Shown in pieces: positions 12,241 through 27,028 of a stretch of 40,165 bases of DNA. A program made the translations under genes and the position numbers. Where the stretch lies: assembly GCF_001194135.2 (NCBI RefSeq), contig NC_068981.1, forward strand, positions 86,725,395 to 86,765,559, written 5' to 3'. Position 1 is the stretch's first letter; each line of letters begins with the position of its first letter. Source of the DNA: Octopus bimaculoides. Lineage: Eukaryota. A model generated the notes under the pieces. The model had not been told where the DNA came from, made no database searches, and worked only from the letters and a program-made list of their open reading frames with translations.

Positions 12241-12329
12241 TATATATGTATGTATGTATATATTTGTGTATGTGTGGGTGTGTGGGTGGGTGTGTATACA
12301 TACGCGAGAAAATTAACAAGAAAATATAA

Positions 12330-13310
12330 ATATTATGATTTTCAAGTGATATCTCTGATGTGTCAGATTCATGAAAGGACATGAGCTACGTGTACAAACA
12401 AGATCAAGGATTGGCCAGCGAATACCTGACGAATATGTAACTAGGTAAAAGAATTTCATAGATTTATCATCGCAGGAAAAAGCAAATGAATATTTTAGAA
12501 TGTCTTACTTTCAGAAGATGGGTGCTCGCCTTGCATTTTACAATCCTTCTAATAAAACTGTTGATACTAAAAATTCTAAAAACATTATTGCCAAACAACC
12601 AAAGGAGACGAGCAGGCAGAACCGTTATTCCTCGGAACAAAATGCCTAGCAGCATTTCTCTTTTTTCAACTCTTTACGTTCTGAGTTCAAATTCCGCCGA
12701 GGCCAGCTTTGTCTTTCATCCCTTCAGGATCGATAAAATAAAGGACCAATCAAGTACTGGGGTCGATGTAATCGACTTATCTCTTCCCCTCAATACTGCT
12801 AACCAAATCACTATCAAAATACCAGAGAGTGAAAGGAGAGAATATCCAAAGGCATACATGTTCCTGTTCATGCTAAAAGATGGGAAGATTAAGATGGAAT
12901 GGATCCTTTAACCAAAAAATGTTAACAAAACGACCAGGAGGAATGTCGAAAAAGACATCCTTATTGGTACTTGATACGTTTAGATCTCATCTCACTGAAG
13001 CAACAATGATGAAAGTACAGAATTATAAAACAACAATGGCAGACATATCTGGAGAATTTGCCTCACAATTACAGTCTTTAGTATGTTTCTATAACCAAAC
13101 CTTCAATATCATATGCATGGGAAATGGAATAGAGACAAGAAATATTCAACACAGTATGAATATATTACTACTTTAACGCGTGCTTGTTTGTGGGTTACGA
13201 AGATATCAAAATTCATTGCAGAGAATTATTTTCTGCAGAATTATTTCCAGTATTTGGCGCGCCAAAACGAAGACTTTTGAAATATGCTCAGAAATATCAC
13301 CGCCGGTGGT
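12330..13310 (+). mobile_element. Decayed pogo/Tigger-type transposase (CENP-B HTH + DDE_1), interrupted by a SINE
   Basis: CQRFMKGHEL...IGQRIPDEY before SINE; KRPGGMSKKTSLLVLDTFRSHLT...GEFASQLQSL after it. Confidence 0.75.
12605..12800 (+). mobile_element. tRNA-derived SINE
   Basis: gagttcaaattcc B-box; ggggtcgatgtaatcgac core. Confidence 0.88.
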
Positions 13311-13715
13311 GATATTTCTGACCATATCGCACGAGGAGTTTTTAGGCGGGCAATTTAAGCTGGTCGTGTACATACGTGCATATATATATGTATGTATACG
13401 TTCGTATATGTAAGTATACCGTATGTTTATATATATATATTTGTATTTATGTATTTTTTCTGAGTATATTCCACCGATGAAGGCAAAGCATTTATTATGC
13501 AAAGCCAGAAATCCGGGATCTGGAGTTCTCCAGTTATTTTTGCTAGTTTATTTTGTCTTCGTCTTCGCTCCTTGTGCTATATGAACATTTATTGTGGTTT
13601 AGAGTCAAGATTTGACTGCTATTTTTCAGCGTGGCGGTATCTCTTAGATACCCTGACCGTTGACTGAACACTATTCAATTTTTTTCTCTCCGTGTTTTTC
13701 TAATTGTCTCCGTAT

Positions 13716-13752
13716 TCTTTCTGTTGAAGAGCGTAGCTCGAAACGTCAAAGA
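13716..13752 (+). ncRNA. Minimal type-I hammerhead ribozyme (core variant CUGUUGA) in a Penelope-type pseudo-LTR
   Basis: TCTTT-CTGTTGA-A-GAGC-gta-GCTC-GAAAC-GTC-AAAGA: stems I and II perfect, palindromic ACGT stem III, GUC cleavage triplet. Confidence 0.8.
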
Positions 13753-14339
13753 CTTTCCGTATTCCTGAGCGTCATACTAATACATCCTTTTGTTATTTAC
13801 ACCACCTGTCCTCGTCAGTTGTTGTTTTTTCGTACATTCTCCTANNNNNNNNNNNNNNNNNNNNNNNNNNNNATATATATATATATATACACAGCTGGTT
13901 TGGTATGTCACAACTCAGTTTCATATATTAAAACACTGTTTATTGCTGATGTATACGCAGCTTACTTTTCGTATGAATTACTAATCTATATGGTTTCCAC
14001 ATCTTATTTCTATTGCTTTGTTTACCTTCTTAAATATTTCCTTAAATCCGGTTTCTAAGTAACGCTAAGTTCCAAGATAGTTAAACCTATTTCACTGTTT
14101 TTAGTATATACAATTTAATGTCATATTTCTTCTATTCACTTGCTCAGTATTTCAAAATTTTAGTTTTACTAGTGTTTACCTTTAAGCCCACACCTTTGCA
14201 TATCTTATCAAGTTGGTATATTATTCTTTGAAATTTTAATGTTTCATTACTAAGCAAAGTTATGTTATCAGTGTAATCCAAAACTTTTAATATCTCTCAT
14301 AAATCTATTTAATTCCTTCTCCTCCATCTTTGATTGTTT

Positions 14340-14640
14340 CCTTCATGACGCAGTATATTAGAGCAGCAAACCAGACACGCGATAAAACTCTTCCCTGCTG
14401 CACACCCTTCCAAACTTCAGATGTATTTGAAATCTAACGTCTATGTTTACTGGACATTTATTTCCTCAATGTACTACAAATATCAACTAGACCGATATTT
14501 TCCGGTAAGCCATGTTACAGTAAGTACGTAAAAAGCTCTAACCCTATGTGCGCTGTCAAATGCTTTTTCTGTGTCTATAAAAGTCATGATCAAGGGCTGT
14601 ATAAATTCGATGTCTATAAAATATCTAAGCAAAAATATCT
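14340..14640 (-). pseudogene. RTE-like RT fragment
   Basis: QPLIMTFIDTEKAFDSAHR and EVWKGVQQGRVLS on the minus strand. Confidence 0.6.
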
Positions 14641-14699
14641 GATCACTTACAACCTTCAGATCGCAGGAAGTTTCACTAAGTACACTTTCCAGTGCAATC

Positions 14700-15790
14700 T
14701 GCATCTTATTCGGCACAACAAAGTTAATCAGTTCTGCTCAGGCTCCTTGCCTGAGCAAAACTGCTGGGTGTCAGGGAGCAAGTCATTATCTTCAAGGAAC
14801 GCAATCAGTTTCTTCCTGACAGTGTGTTCCACAACTTTGCTGACATGGGAGGTTAGAGAGACAGGTCCTATAAAGTACAGCATCTGCTCTGCTACTTCCA
14901 TTATGGATAGGACATATTATGCCTTCCTTTAACGTTTTGGGAAGTCTCCCAGTTGCGAGGAAGCTCAGGAAGAGAATCTGAAGTGGTCTTTGCATTTCTT
15001 TGAGAGGATTGCTTGAAATCCATTAGGGCTTGTGACTGAGTTTGAGATTATTTCATAAACCGCTGATATTACATTTGTTTCCTCTATTTTGATGCTTTCA
15101 ATAATTGCCATTTCTTCGTGTAGAGCTGTGATACCGAGGAACTCATCAGGCATAGCTGCTTGCAAGTGTCCCAAGGCAGTAGTGAAAACACTCTGGTATT
15201 GCACATTCAATATTTCACTGAAGTCGATGAGCCATTTTCTTCGAACAGTAACCTTGTCTTGTACCGTACTGGAACAGATTATTTTACAAATCTATAGAAG
15301 GATTTAGGGTTTATCTTAATAATTTTGTCAGCCCTAGCTTCTTTTTCTGCCCTCTCCTTCTCATGGGGGTGCTTGAGTTTAAATGGTTTGAAATTTTTGC
15401 TCGTCGTCTCATTAGAATCCTCCTATCCCCGGAATTATATTTCTCTGTTGGTTTGGCATTCCCTCAGGAGAAAACTTAGCTCATATGTCGTGCATAATTG
15501 TCATAAAGTGCTGCAGCTTTATGGCAATATCTTGCGTAGAGAGACTGGTACACCGTTTTGTTCCATGACATCTTTCCTAATACCCTTTCAATAAGCTTCG
15601 TGAAAGTTCGAGCTGGAGAGGAGTTGGGTGATTATAGTAGCCTGCATGTCTGTAGTCTTCTCCGGACCATGCATTGCTAGTTCTATTAAGTTATAGCCCG
15701 AGAAAATCGTCGGTGTCACCTTAACATTATGGATGAGCGGCGCGTTATTTGTGAAGCAGAGGTCCAGGACATTTTCTCCCTTGTTAGGTG
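14700..15790 (-). pseudogene. CR1/L2-like LINE fragment (end of APE + start of RT)
   Basis: PPNKGENVLDLCFTN; ATGRLPKTLKEGIICPIHNGSSRADAVLYR. Confidence 0.8.
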
Positions 15791-15791
15791 G

Positions 15792-18834
<3,043 letters not shown>

Positions 18835-18897
18835 TATATATTGTATACACATGTGTGTGTGTGTGTGTGTGTGTTGCATATATAATATAATATTATA

Positions 18898-19114
18898 CAG
18901 TAATCCCTCGCCATATCACGGTTCACCTAACGCGGTTTATTATTTAAGCTTTCGTCGATTCCTTCGTGTTGTTTTGCCTTTAATATAAAATAAATATATA
19001 CAAATTATAAAAGTAATAAAAAAAATACAGTACAATACTGTTTCTACTTCGCGAATTATTACCTATCCCGGTGGGTTTTGGAACGTAATACCTGCGATAG
19101 TCGAGGGATTATTG
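18898..19114. mobile_element. Tigger/pogo-type MITE (217 bp)
   Basis: TA-cagtaatccctcg ... cgagggattattg-TA. Confidence 0.85.
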
Positions 19115-19126
19115 TATTATGAATAT

Positions 19127-19159
<33 letters not shown>

Positions 19160-19679
19160 NNNNNNNNNNNNNNNNNNNNNNNNNNNNNNNNNNNNNNNNN
19201 NNNNNNNNNNNNNNNNNNNNNNNNNNNNNNNNNNNNNNNNNNNNNNNNNNNNNNNNNNNNNNNNNNNNNNNNNNNNNNNNNNNNNNNNNNNNNNNNNNNN
19301 NNNNNNNNNNNNNNNNNNNNNNNNNNNNNNNNNNNNNNNNNNNNNNNNNNNNNNNNNNNNNNNNNNNNNNNNNNNNNNNNNNNNNNNNNNNNNNNNNNNN
19401 NNNNNNNNNNNNNNNNNNNNNNNNNNNNNNNNNNNNNNNNNNNNNNNNNNNNNNNNNNNNNNNNNNNNNNNNNNNNNNNNNNNNNNNNNNNNNNNNNNNN
19501 NNNNNNNNNNNNNNNNNNNNNNNNNNNNNNNNNNNNNNNNNNNNNNNNNNNNNNNNNNNNNNNNNNNNNNNNNNNNNNNNNNNNNNNNNNNNNNNNNNNN
19601 NNNNNNNNNNNNNNNNNNNNNNNNNNNNNNNNNNNNNNNNNNNNNNNNNNNNNNNNNNNNNNNNNNNNNNNNNNNNNNN

Positions 19680-19853
19680 CGATGAATTTACTTTGTTGAC
19701 ATTCTTCATCGACAGAATTTTTATTCCTTTCAACCTTTCAGACAAGTCCGCCTTTCTTCCAGTAACATACTGTCCATGTAATCTTAAATATTTCTTTAAC
19801 TCAGGCACAGTAAGTACTTCGATAGCTGAATCATCAAGCTGCTTTATATCCAT
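19680..19853 (-). CDS. N-terminal SAP-domain ORF running into assembly gap; probably mobile-element encoded
   Basis: MDIKQLDDSAIEVLTVPELKKYLRLHGQYVTGRKADLSERL fits the SAP pattern LTVxELKxxLxxxGLxxxGxKxDLxxRL. Confidence 0.65.
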
Positions 19854-19965
19854 GATAAGACGTAAAACAATAACAATGGTGTGGGTAGTCTCCGGAAGTT
19901 TAATTATCTACATGGAGCGTCGCCTAGCCAAGGGAGATAACCTACTTATAGGAAAGCCCTATAGG

Positions 19966-20000
19966 CACAGGCGTGACTGTGTGGTAAGAAGTTTGCTTCT
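19966..20000 (+). mobile_element. Isolated 5' head of the SINE family seen at 22625
   Basis: ggcacaggcgtgactgtgtggtaagaagtttgcttc. Confidence 0.6.
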
Positions 20001-20030
20001 TGTTTCACGACGCATGTGCGAATTAGAGTG

Positions 20031-20862
20031 GTTTCTCGGGGCACTGTGGGGGTGCGTTACTTGTATTTTATTGTTATTTTTCACTAGTGCGGTATCTCCA
20101 CTGGTCTCGGAGCAATTTTGTTCGCCTTTGGTTGCGTTGGTTTTGTTGAAAATTCTTAGGGGGCGTATCCAGCATCGCAAGAATTTTTCTAAGGAAAATA
20201 TTATTTTTCGTAAATGGATTTTAGTTCCTGTTTATGGACATTCAAATACTGATTGCTGTTAATTATACAGCGAACAGCAGATTTTGTGGATAAAATTATT
20301 TGGATATCGTGGATTATCTATATCGGATTACAAAGGCCTGGCCAAGAGTTACAATAGGCCAGAGGACAGTGGACATTTTAACTGTGTAGTTTTTTCTTGT
20401 TTTGTAATGACAACACGGCGAAATTTAGCTCTGTTGTGGATTAAGTCTAATTTGTTGTGGAAAAGATACTAGCAGCACAGCCTGAAGGTAGGAGGAATTT
20501 TGTTTCGGGGGCACAGTGGGGGTGCGTTACTCGTATTTTATATATTTTTTAACTAGTAGGGTATCTCCACTGGTCTCGAGGCAATTTTGTTCGCCTTTGG
20601 TTGAGTTAGTTTTGTTGAAAAATTCTCAAGGAGTGTATCCCGCAACGCAAGAATTTTTCTATTGAAAATTTTTTACTGAAGACTTTCGTAAATGGATTTT
20701 TGTCTCTGTTTATGGACATTCAAGTACTGATTGCTGTTAATTATACAGTGAACACCAGACTTTGTGGAAAAATTATTTAGATATCGTGGATTACCTATAT
20801 CAGATTACCCAATACTGGCCAGGAGTTCGAATAGGCCAGAGGACAGTGGACATTTAACTGTG
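20031..20862 (+). repeat. Two diverged ~355-bp direct repeats (20031-20386, 20502-20862; period 470 bp)
   Basis: Shared blocks such as gtgggggtgcgttact, ggtatctccactggtctcg, aataggccagaggacagtggacattt. Confidence 0.92.
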
Positions 20863-20950
20863 CATTTTTTAAAACTGTTTTTCCCCATTTCTTGTTTTTT
20901 CTTGCTTCTTGCTTTTTGTTTTAATTTTTCTTCTACAGTTAACTGTGAAC

Positions 20951-22321
20951 ATGGAAAGAGAAAATAATAATAATATTACTTTGGAGTGGGAGATCAACCA
21001 ATCCAAAGAATGGGTGAATGATTTGAAAGAGAGGACAGTGGTTCTGAGGACTTATTTAAGGTCCTTGGACACTATTGTCTCCTTTTCTAGACCAGAGATA
21101 GAAGAAGAGCTCGCGGAATATATGCCGATGATAAGGCATATTGCTAGGGGTCCCAAATATGTAACTGTATAGTTGCTGTTCGAGACCCCGGAGATGGCGT
21201 GTAAGTTCGCCAGTCAGCCCCTGGAAGGGGAAAGAATTCTGTTTCTTTCCTCATATTGTGGGAGAAAATGCAAGCGTGCGTGGGTGTGTGGCTTGCCGCC
21301 AGGAGTTAAGCCCGAATGGATAGCAGAAACTGTCCGACCAAATTGTTAAATGTAAAAATGCTGCCGGCGGCTGATTGAGTCGGGGCTAAAGCCGTGTTGA
21401 CTCTGTGGACCCNNNNNNNNNNNNNNNNNNNNNNNNNNNNNNNNNNNNNNNNNNNNNNNNNNNNNNNNNNNNNNNNNNNNNNNNNNNNNNNNNNNNNNNN
21501 NNNNNNNNNNNNNNNNNNNNNNNNNNNNNNNNNNNNNNNNNNNNNNNNNNNNNNNNNNNNNNNNNNNNNNNNNNNNNNNNNNNNNNNNNNNNNNNNNNNN
21601 NNNNNNNNNNNNNNNNNNNNNNNNNNNNNNNNNNNNNNNNNNNNNNNNNNNNNNNNNNNNNNNNNNNNNNNNNNNNNNNNNNNNNNNNNNNNNNNNNNNN
21701 NNNNNNNNNNNNNNNNNNNNNNNNNNNNNNNNNNNNNNNNNNNNNNNNNNNNNNNNNNNNNNNNNNNNNNNNNNNNNNNNNNNNNNNNNNNNNNNNNNNN
21801 NNNNNNNNNNNNNNNNNNNNNNNNNNNNNNNNNNNNNNNNNNNNNNNNNNNNNNNNNNNNNNNNNNNNNNNNNNNNNNNNNNNNNNNNNNNGAATTAAAA
21901 CCCTCGGGTAAACCGGAGGACTCCCCTCCTCCCACCGGAAAAAAGAAAAATACAAAAAGGAAAAAATGGTATGCCGATGGTTGAGCTGCCGACGGATGTT
22001 GAACCATCGTCGGGTGGAATTGCGCCTATGCCGTCTCCGGAGGAAGAGGAATTATTGGTCTTCTTCTACAGAGGCGGAGAGGTGGAGGAAGAGCTGGAAA
22101 AGCACCAGAAGGGAGCAACCTGCACAAGTGATCCCGAATGGCTCCCGCAGATAGCTGTGGAGGTCATTATGTTGGCCGTGATGCAAAGGTTGGAGGAGCT
22201 TAATGAGAAATATGGCTTGTGGCCGGGCGACGCCGATACGCCACTCGCTGAGTGCTTAAAAGAAGCGTGGGTGTTGGCGGGAGATGTGGTCACAAGTGAT
22301 GCTGGGGAGGAATATGGATAA
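20951..22321 (+). pseudogene. L1/Tx1-like ORF1 (one in-frame stop, central gap), no ORF2 visible
   Basis: MERENNN...RTVVLRTYLRS...*LLFETPEMACKFASQPL...GRKCKRAWVCGLPPGVKPEW; C-terminal part 21892-22321; homologous to ORF1 at 16465-17756. Confidence 0.7.
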
Positions 22322-22624
22322 AAAGTTGAAAAGCCTCAATGCTATGAATTGAGGAGGGGTTTGCAACCATATTTTATTTAAAACAAAGTAAGAGGCGTAA
22401 TGCTCCCTTTTTGTAGCAATGAACATAACGAACAGTGTAAGAGGCTTGCTGCTTCACATATAAGAGAACAATGTTTTCGGAGTTCAGACAGTCGGCGGGC
22501 GCTGCTTGTTCCCCCCAATTATTCATTAATCATCATTTTTTTTCCACATAACATTATGTCTATGTCCAGCCCGCAGCTTCTCTTTTGCTGTATAAGGCCT
22601 ATATGGCCAATCTTGATGAAATAA

Positions 22625-22945
22625 AGAAGCTTGCTTCCCAACTACATGGTTCCAGGTTCAGTCGCACTGTGTGGCACCTTAGACAAGTGTCCTCTACTGT
22701 AGTCTCGGGCTGATCAAAGCCTTGTGAGTGGATTTGGGAGACGAAAACTGAAAGAAGTCCGTCGTATATATGTATGTATATTTGTGTCTGTGTTTGTTCT
22801 CCGACCATCGCTTGACAGCTGATGTTAATTTGTTTACGTCCCCGTAACTTAGCGGTTTGGCAAAAGAACCGATAGAATAAGTACTAGGATTACAAATAAG
22901 TCCTCGGGTGAATTTGTTCGATTAAAGGTAGTGCTCCTGCATCAA
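22625..22945 (+). mobile_element. tRNA-derived SINE with CORE-like segment, 5'-truncated
   Basis: gaagcttgcttcccaactacatggttccaggttcagtc...gcaccttagacaagtgtc...gtaacttagcggtttggcaaaag. Confidence 0.8.
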
Positions 22946-23129
22946 ATGACTGAAAGAAGTAAAAGAATAAAAGAAAAAATATATATATTCATATTCCGTG
23001 TGCTTGTGTGTCTTGCATATATAATATTATATTATGAATATACATATACGTATATATATATACAAATATATATATATTCATAATATAATAATATATATAT
23101 ATTCATACTATAATAATATATTAGATATG

Positions 23130-23187
<58 letters not shown>

Positions 23188-24329
23188 GTAATAAAATTTT
23201 GTCAATCAATATAATAACTTCATTTGGAAAATTAATTACTTGTGGACCAATTCTGAATTGCTTCATTTTAGCGCATATTCTTGTAGTTACTGTTAAATTT
23301 ATCATTATATGAGTATTTACTATTAATTGCACATCACAAATAAGATGTCTTCATTATACTAAATGAATATGTGTATAAATACACTTATTTAATTTATTAA
23401 TTAATTGATGATATTTATAATAATAATAATGATAATAATAAATAGTTTCATTTGACTTATTAAATAAATTTGATAACAAAAATAATAATTATTATAGTAA
23501 TGTATAGCTTATAAATTGTATTCTTATTACAACAATGTTGTTTGTTACTTCTGAAAGTATTGACAGAGTCTGGATATGCATTCTGTATGGTCCTTCAATT
23601 TGTAAATAATAATATTGACTAGTTCATCGAGAACAATCCTTAATACTTGTTTGGTTTATGTTATTGATTTCTATCGATTCACTAAATTCTCCCTTCCATA
23701 ATATACGAATAACAATCATTATTTAAGTAACTTCAAATCTGGCTTCCCCTAAAAAATTAGTAAATTTGATTTCCATTACTATAGCCTAAATATATATATA
23801 TGGGGTACTTTGGTTATCGCATTTACTTCCTTAAGTTTATATTAATGCTTATTACGGAATTCTTCCTACGATAAATTAAAGCAAACAAGGAAAATAATTT
23901 TCACTTTTACCGTTTTTGAAATCAGCGTATGATCTCAACGGAAATTTTCCAAGCTGACAAGGCGAGTAAAAGAATATATATACATATGTATTATAATTCA
24001 GTTAGTGCTCCACTGGTTTTAATATATAACTCAGCACAAGACAAACCTTAACAAACGCACAAACACTCACACATGTTACACACGGGAATTGTGCCATAGT
24101 ATTGTAAAGTTGTTAGGCTGTGCTAATCTTATTCTCTTTAACGTGTAATATAGAAATTCCCTTAAATTTCTCACTGTCAATGCCTGAAAACAGTTATAAT
24201 TACCTATGAGCATTGGTTGATCAATCTTGCGAGATATACTTCAATTCAGATGATTTGAAATATCCTCTGTTGAGATCATGTAAGTCTTATATTTAATTAG
24301 ATAACCAACCTTTAAATCTAAAATTATGT

Positions 24330-24810
24330 TAAACACTTTACAATTTATTGAAAACTTGGAAAAACTAATTTTAGCCTTGTTGACAAATGCAAAGCTATAT
24401 AAAATAACCACAAAACCAACGGTTAAAAAGTGTGATCGTCCAAACTGTGGAACATGCCCCAATCTACTAGGTGGCTCGAAATTCCAATTCAAACAAAGGA
24501 GAGGGGTTCACAATTAAGACCAACTTCACTTGTGCATCCGATAATTGATGCTATAACTCGTTGTGGACACAACTATATAAGACGGACAAGTATGTCACTT
24601 AGACGGAGAACCACACTACATAAGGAACAGGTCCGTTTTCCAAGGTATAGACAGATATCTTTGAGTGAACACATAAAGAGATGTGCAGAGAAACTCCAAC
24701 GAAATTTCAGTTTTCTCCATCTACTAGAACAAAGAAACAATTTCTGTACAAGTAAGTTTAAAGAACATTTATTTATCGAAAAATACAGAACACGCCTAAA
24801 TATGAACGCA
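24330..24810 (+). pseudogene. Penelope-like element GIY-YIG endonuclease fragment
   Basis: KKCDRPNCGTCP...FTIKTNFTCAS...AITRCGHNYIRRTSMSLRRRTTLHKEQ...SEHIKRC...EHLFIEKYRTRLN. Confidence 0.85.
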
Positions 24811-26824
24811 TTACTAACTTTAGTCTCAGTATATATTTTAATTCATAATCAAATATCCATTACTGTACATATTTCATCTCACCATTTTAACTCATGAGTT
24901 TTTGTATGTTTATTTATCCAACCCCAAAAATGAGCAATTGCCTCCCCTGTCCCGAATAACGACTGTCACCAATTACCTCCCATTAGATTGGTTCATTCAC
25001 AAATTTTCATACAAGAACATGGACTAAAAACGTCTTCAGAAAATACGAAATCACAATAATTTCAATGTCATGATAAGCGATAGCGAAACCAGTCGACAAC
25101 CACAATACTCTTTCATTTAAAATATATTAAAACTATGTAAACTATGTGCATTTTCCTCCTCTTATTATANNNNNNNNNNNNNNNNNNNNNNNNNNNNNNN
25201 NNNNNNNNNNNNNNNNNNNNNNNNNNNNNNNNNNNNNNNNNNNNNNNNNNNNNNNNNNNNNNNNNNNNNNNNNNNNNNNNNNNNNNNNNNNNNNNNNNNN
25301 NNNNNNNNNNNNNNNNNNNNNNNNNNNNNNNNNNNNNNNNNNNNNNNNNNNNNNNNNNNNNNNNNNNNNNNNNNNNNNNNNNNNNNNNNNNNNNNNNNNN
25401 NNNNNNNNNNNNNNNNNNNNNNNNNNNNNNNNNNNNNNNNNNNNNNNNNNNNNNNNNNNNNNNNNNNNNNNNNNNNNNNNNNNNNNNNNNNNNNNNNNNN
25501 NNNNNNNNNNNNNNNNNNNNNNNNNNNNNNNNNNNNNNNNNNNNNNNNNNNNNNNNNNNNNNNNNNNNNNNNNNNNNNNNNNNNNNNNNNNNNNNNNNNN
25601 NNNNNNNNNNNNNNNNNNNNNNNNNNNNNNNNNNNNNNNNNNNNNNNNNNNNNNNNNNNNNNNNNNNNNNNNNNNNNNNNNNNNNNNNNNNNNNNNNNNN
25701 NNNNNNNNNNNNNNNNNNNNNNNNNNNNNNNNNNNNNNNNNNNNNNNNNNNNNNNNNNNNNNNNNNNNNNNNNNNNNNNNNNNNNNNNNNNNNNNNNNNN
25801 NNNNNNNNNNNNNNNNNNNNNNNNNNNNNNNNNNNNNNNNNNNNNNNNNNNNNNNNNNNNNNNNNNNNNNNNNNNNNNNNNNNNNNNNNNNNNNNNNNNN
25901 NNNNNNNNNNNNNNNNNNNNNNNNNNNNNNNNNNNNNNNNNNNNNNNNNNNNNNNNNNNNNNNNNNNNNNNNNNNNNNNNNNNNNNNNNNNNNNNNNNNN
26001 NNNNNNNNNNNNNNNNNNNNNNNNNNNNNNNNNNNNNNNNNNNNNNNNNNNNNNNNNNNNNNNNNNNNNNNNNNNNNNNNNNNNNNNNNNNNNNNNNNNN
26101 NNNNNNNNNNNNNNNNNNNNNNNNNNNNNNNNNNNNNNNNNNNNNNNNNNNNNNNNNNNNNNNAGTTTAACTCTTTTTCTCCGTTTGAAAACGCTCCGTT
26201 ATCCAAGGCAAAGAACGAGCCGGAACTTTACTAATTGATATCTGAAAAGTTCGAGGAAATAACTCATGGACACTGCGATAGCTCTACCAAAAGATGCTCC
26301 GTTACTTCGACCGGTCTGAACAAGGGGAGATCTATTTTTTGCGTATGTTTGAACAGTTCATTCAAGATAATTTGTACATTTTTACAAACTGCAACTTTTT
26401 TGCGAGAAATATCTATTGGAAAAATTTAAAAACTCTTAACTCAGGATAGCTAATAAACCTGGTCTGATTTAAATCAACAATTGTTGATCATAACTTTTAA
26501 TCGTAAGGGTAATTTAACCTCTCCCCCCAAATTGCATAAAATTGCTTTAAAGCGCGGGTTTATGCTACATTTCCCCCCTCATGATATGTCTTTCAACTAG
26601 ACTGTCTATTGTACATAGCATGCACGTGTCTTAGATGACACGTGTACGCATTCAGGCAGGTCGTTATATCAGGATTAGTATGAGCTCATTTTTTCCTTTA
26701 TGCCTACGTATGGTGAATTGCTATTAGTAATAGTATTATGCAAAAGTAATGCTCATAAGTTCTTGATGGCTGCAGAGTTTTCATTCGAGCTTTCTATTCG
26801 AACTTTACCCAAGAGTTTGTTATT

Positions 26825-26870
26825 AACACAACGTTTCGGCTGATATATCCTTCAGCCTTCTTCAGGGGTT
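26825..26870 (-). ncRNA. Minimal type-I hammerhead ribozyme
   Basis: Minus strand: aaccc-CTGAAGA-A-GGCTGA-aggatata-TCAGCC-GAAAC-GTT-gtgtt; canonical CUGANGA/GAAA core, 6-bp stem II, stem I 4/5. Confidence 0.82.
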
Positions 26871-26879
26871 CTCATATGC

Positions 26880-26970
26880 CCTCGGGTATATGGCGTAATG
26901 GTTAAGAGTGCGGGTTACGAACCCCAAGATTCCGAGTTCGATTCCAGGCAGAGACCTGAATAATAATAAT
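26880..26970 (+). mobile_element. tRNA-derived Pol III head followed by (AAT)n
   Basis: A-box tggcgtaatgg 26891-26901; anticodon-like loop ggg-ttACGaa-ccc; B-box agttcgattcc 26935-26945; acceptor stem not closed. Confidence 0.8.
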
Positions 26971-26981
26971 ANNNNNNNNNN

Positions 26982-27028
<47 letters not shown>

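Noticed and set aside
24925-24960. gagcaattgcctc hairpin after the GIY-YIG fragment as a hammerhead stem II
   Set aside because: Neither CUGANGA nor GAAA flanks it
26885-26955. Possible tRNA-Arg(ACG) gene
   Set aside because: Acceptor and anticodon stems do not close and an (AAT)n tail follows; treated as a SINE head
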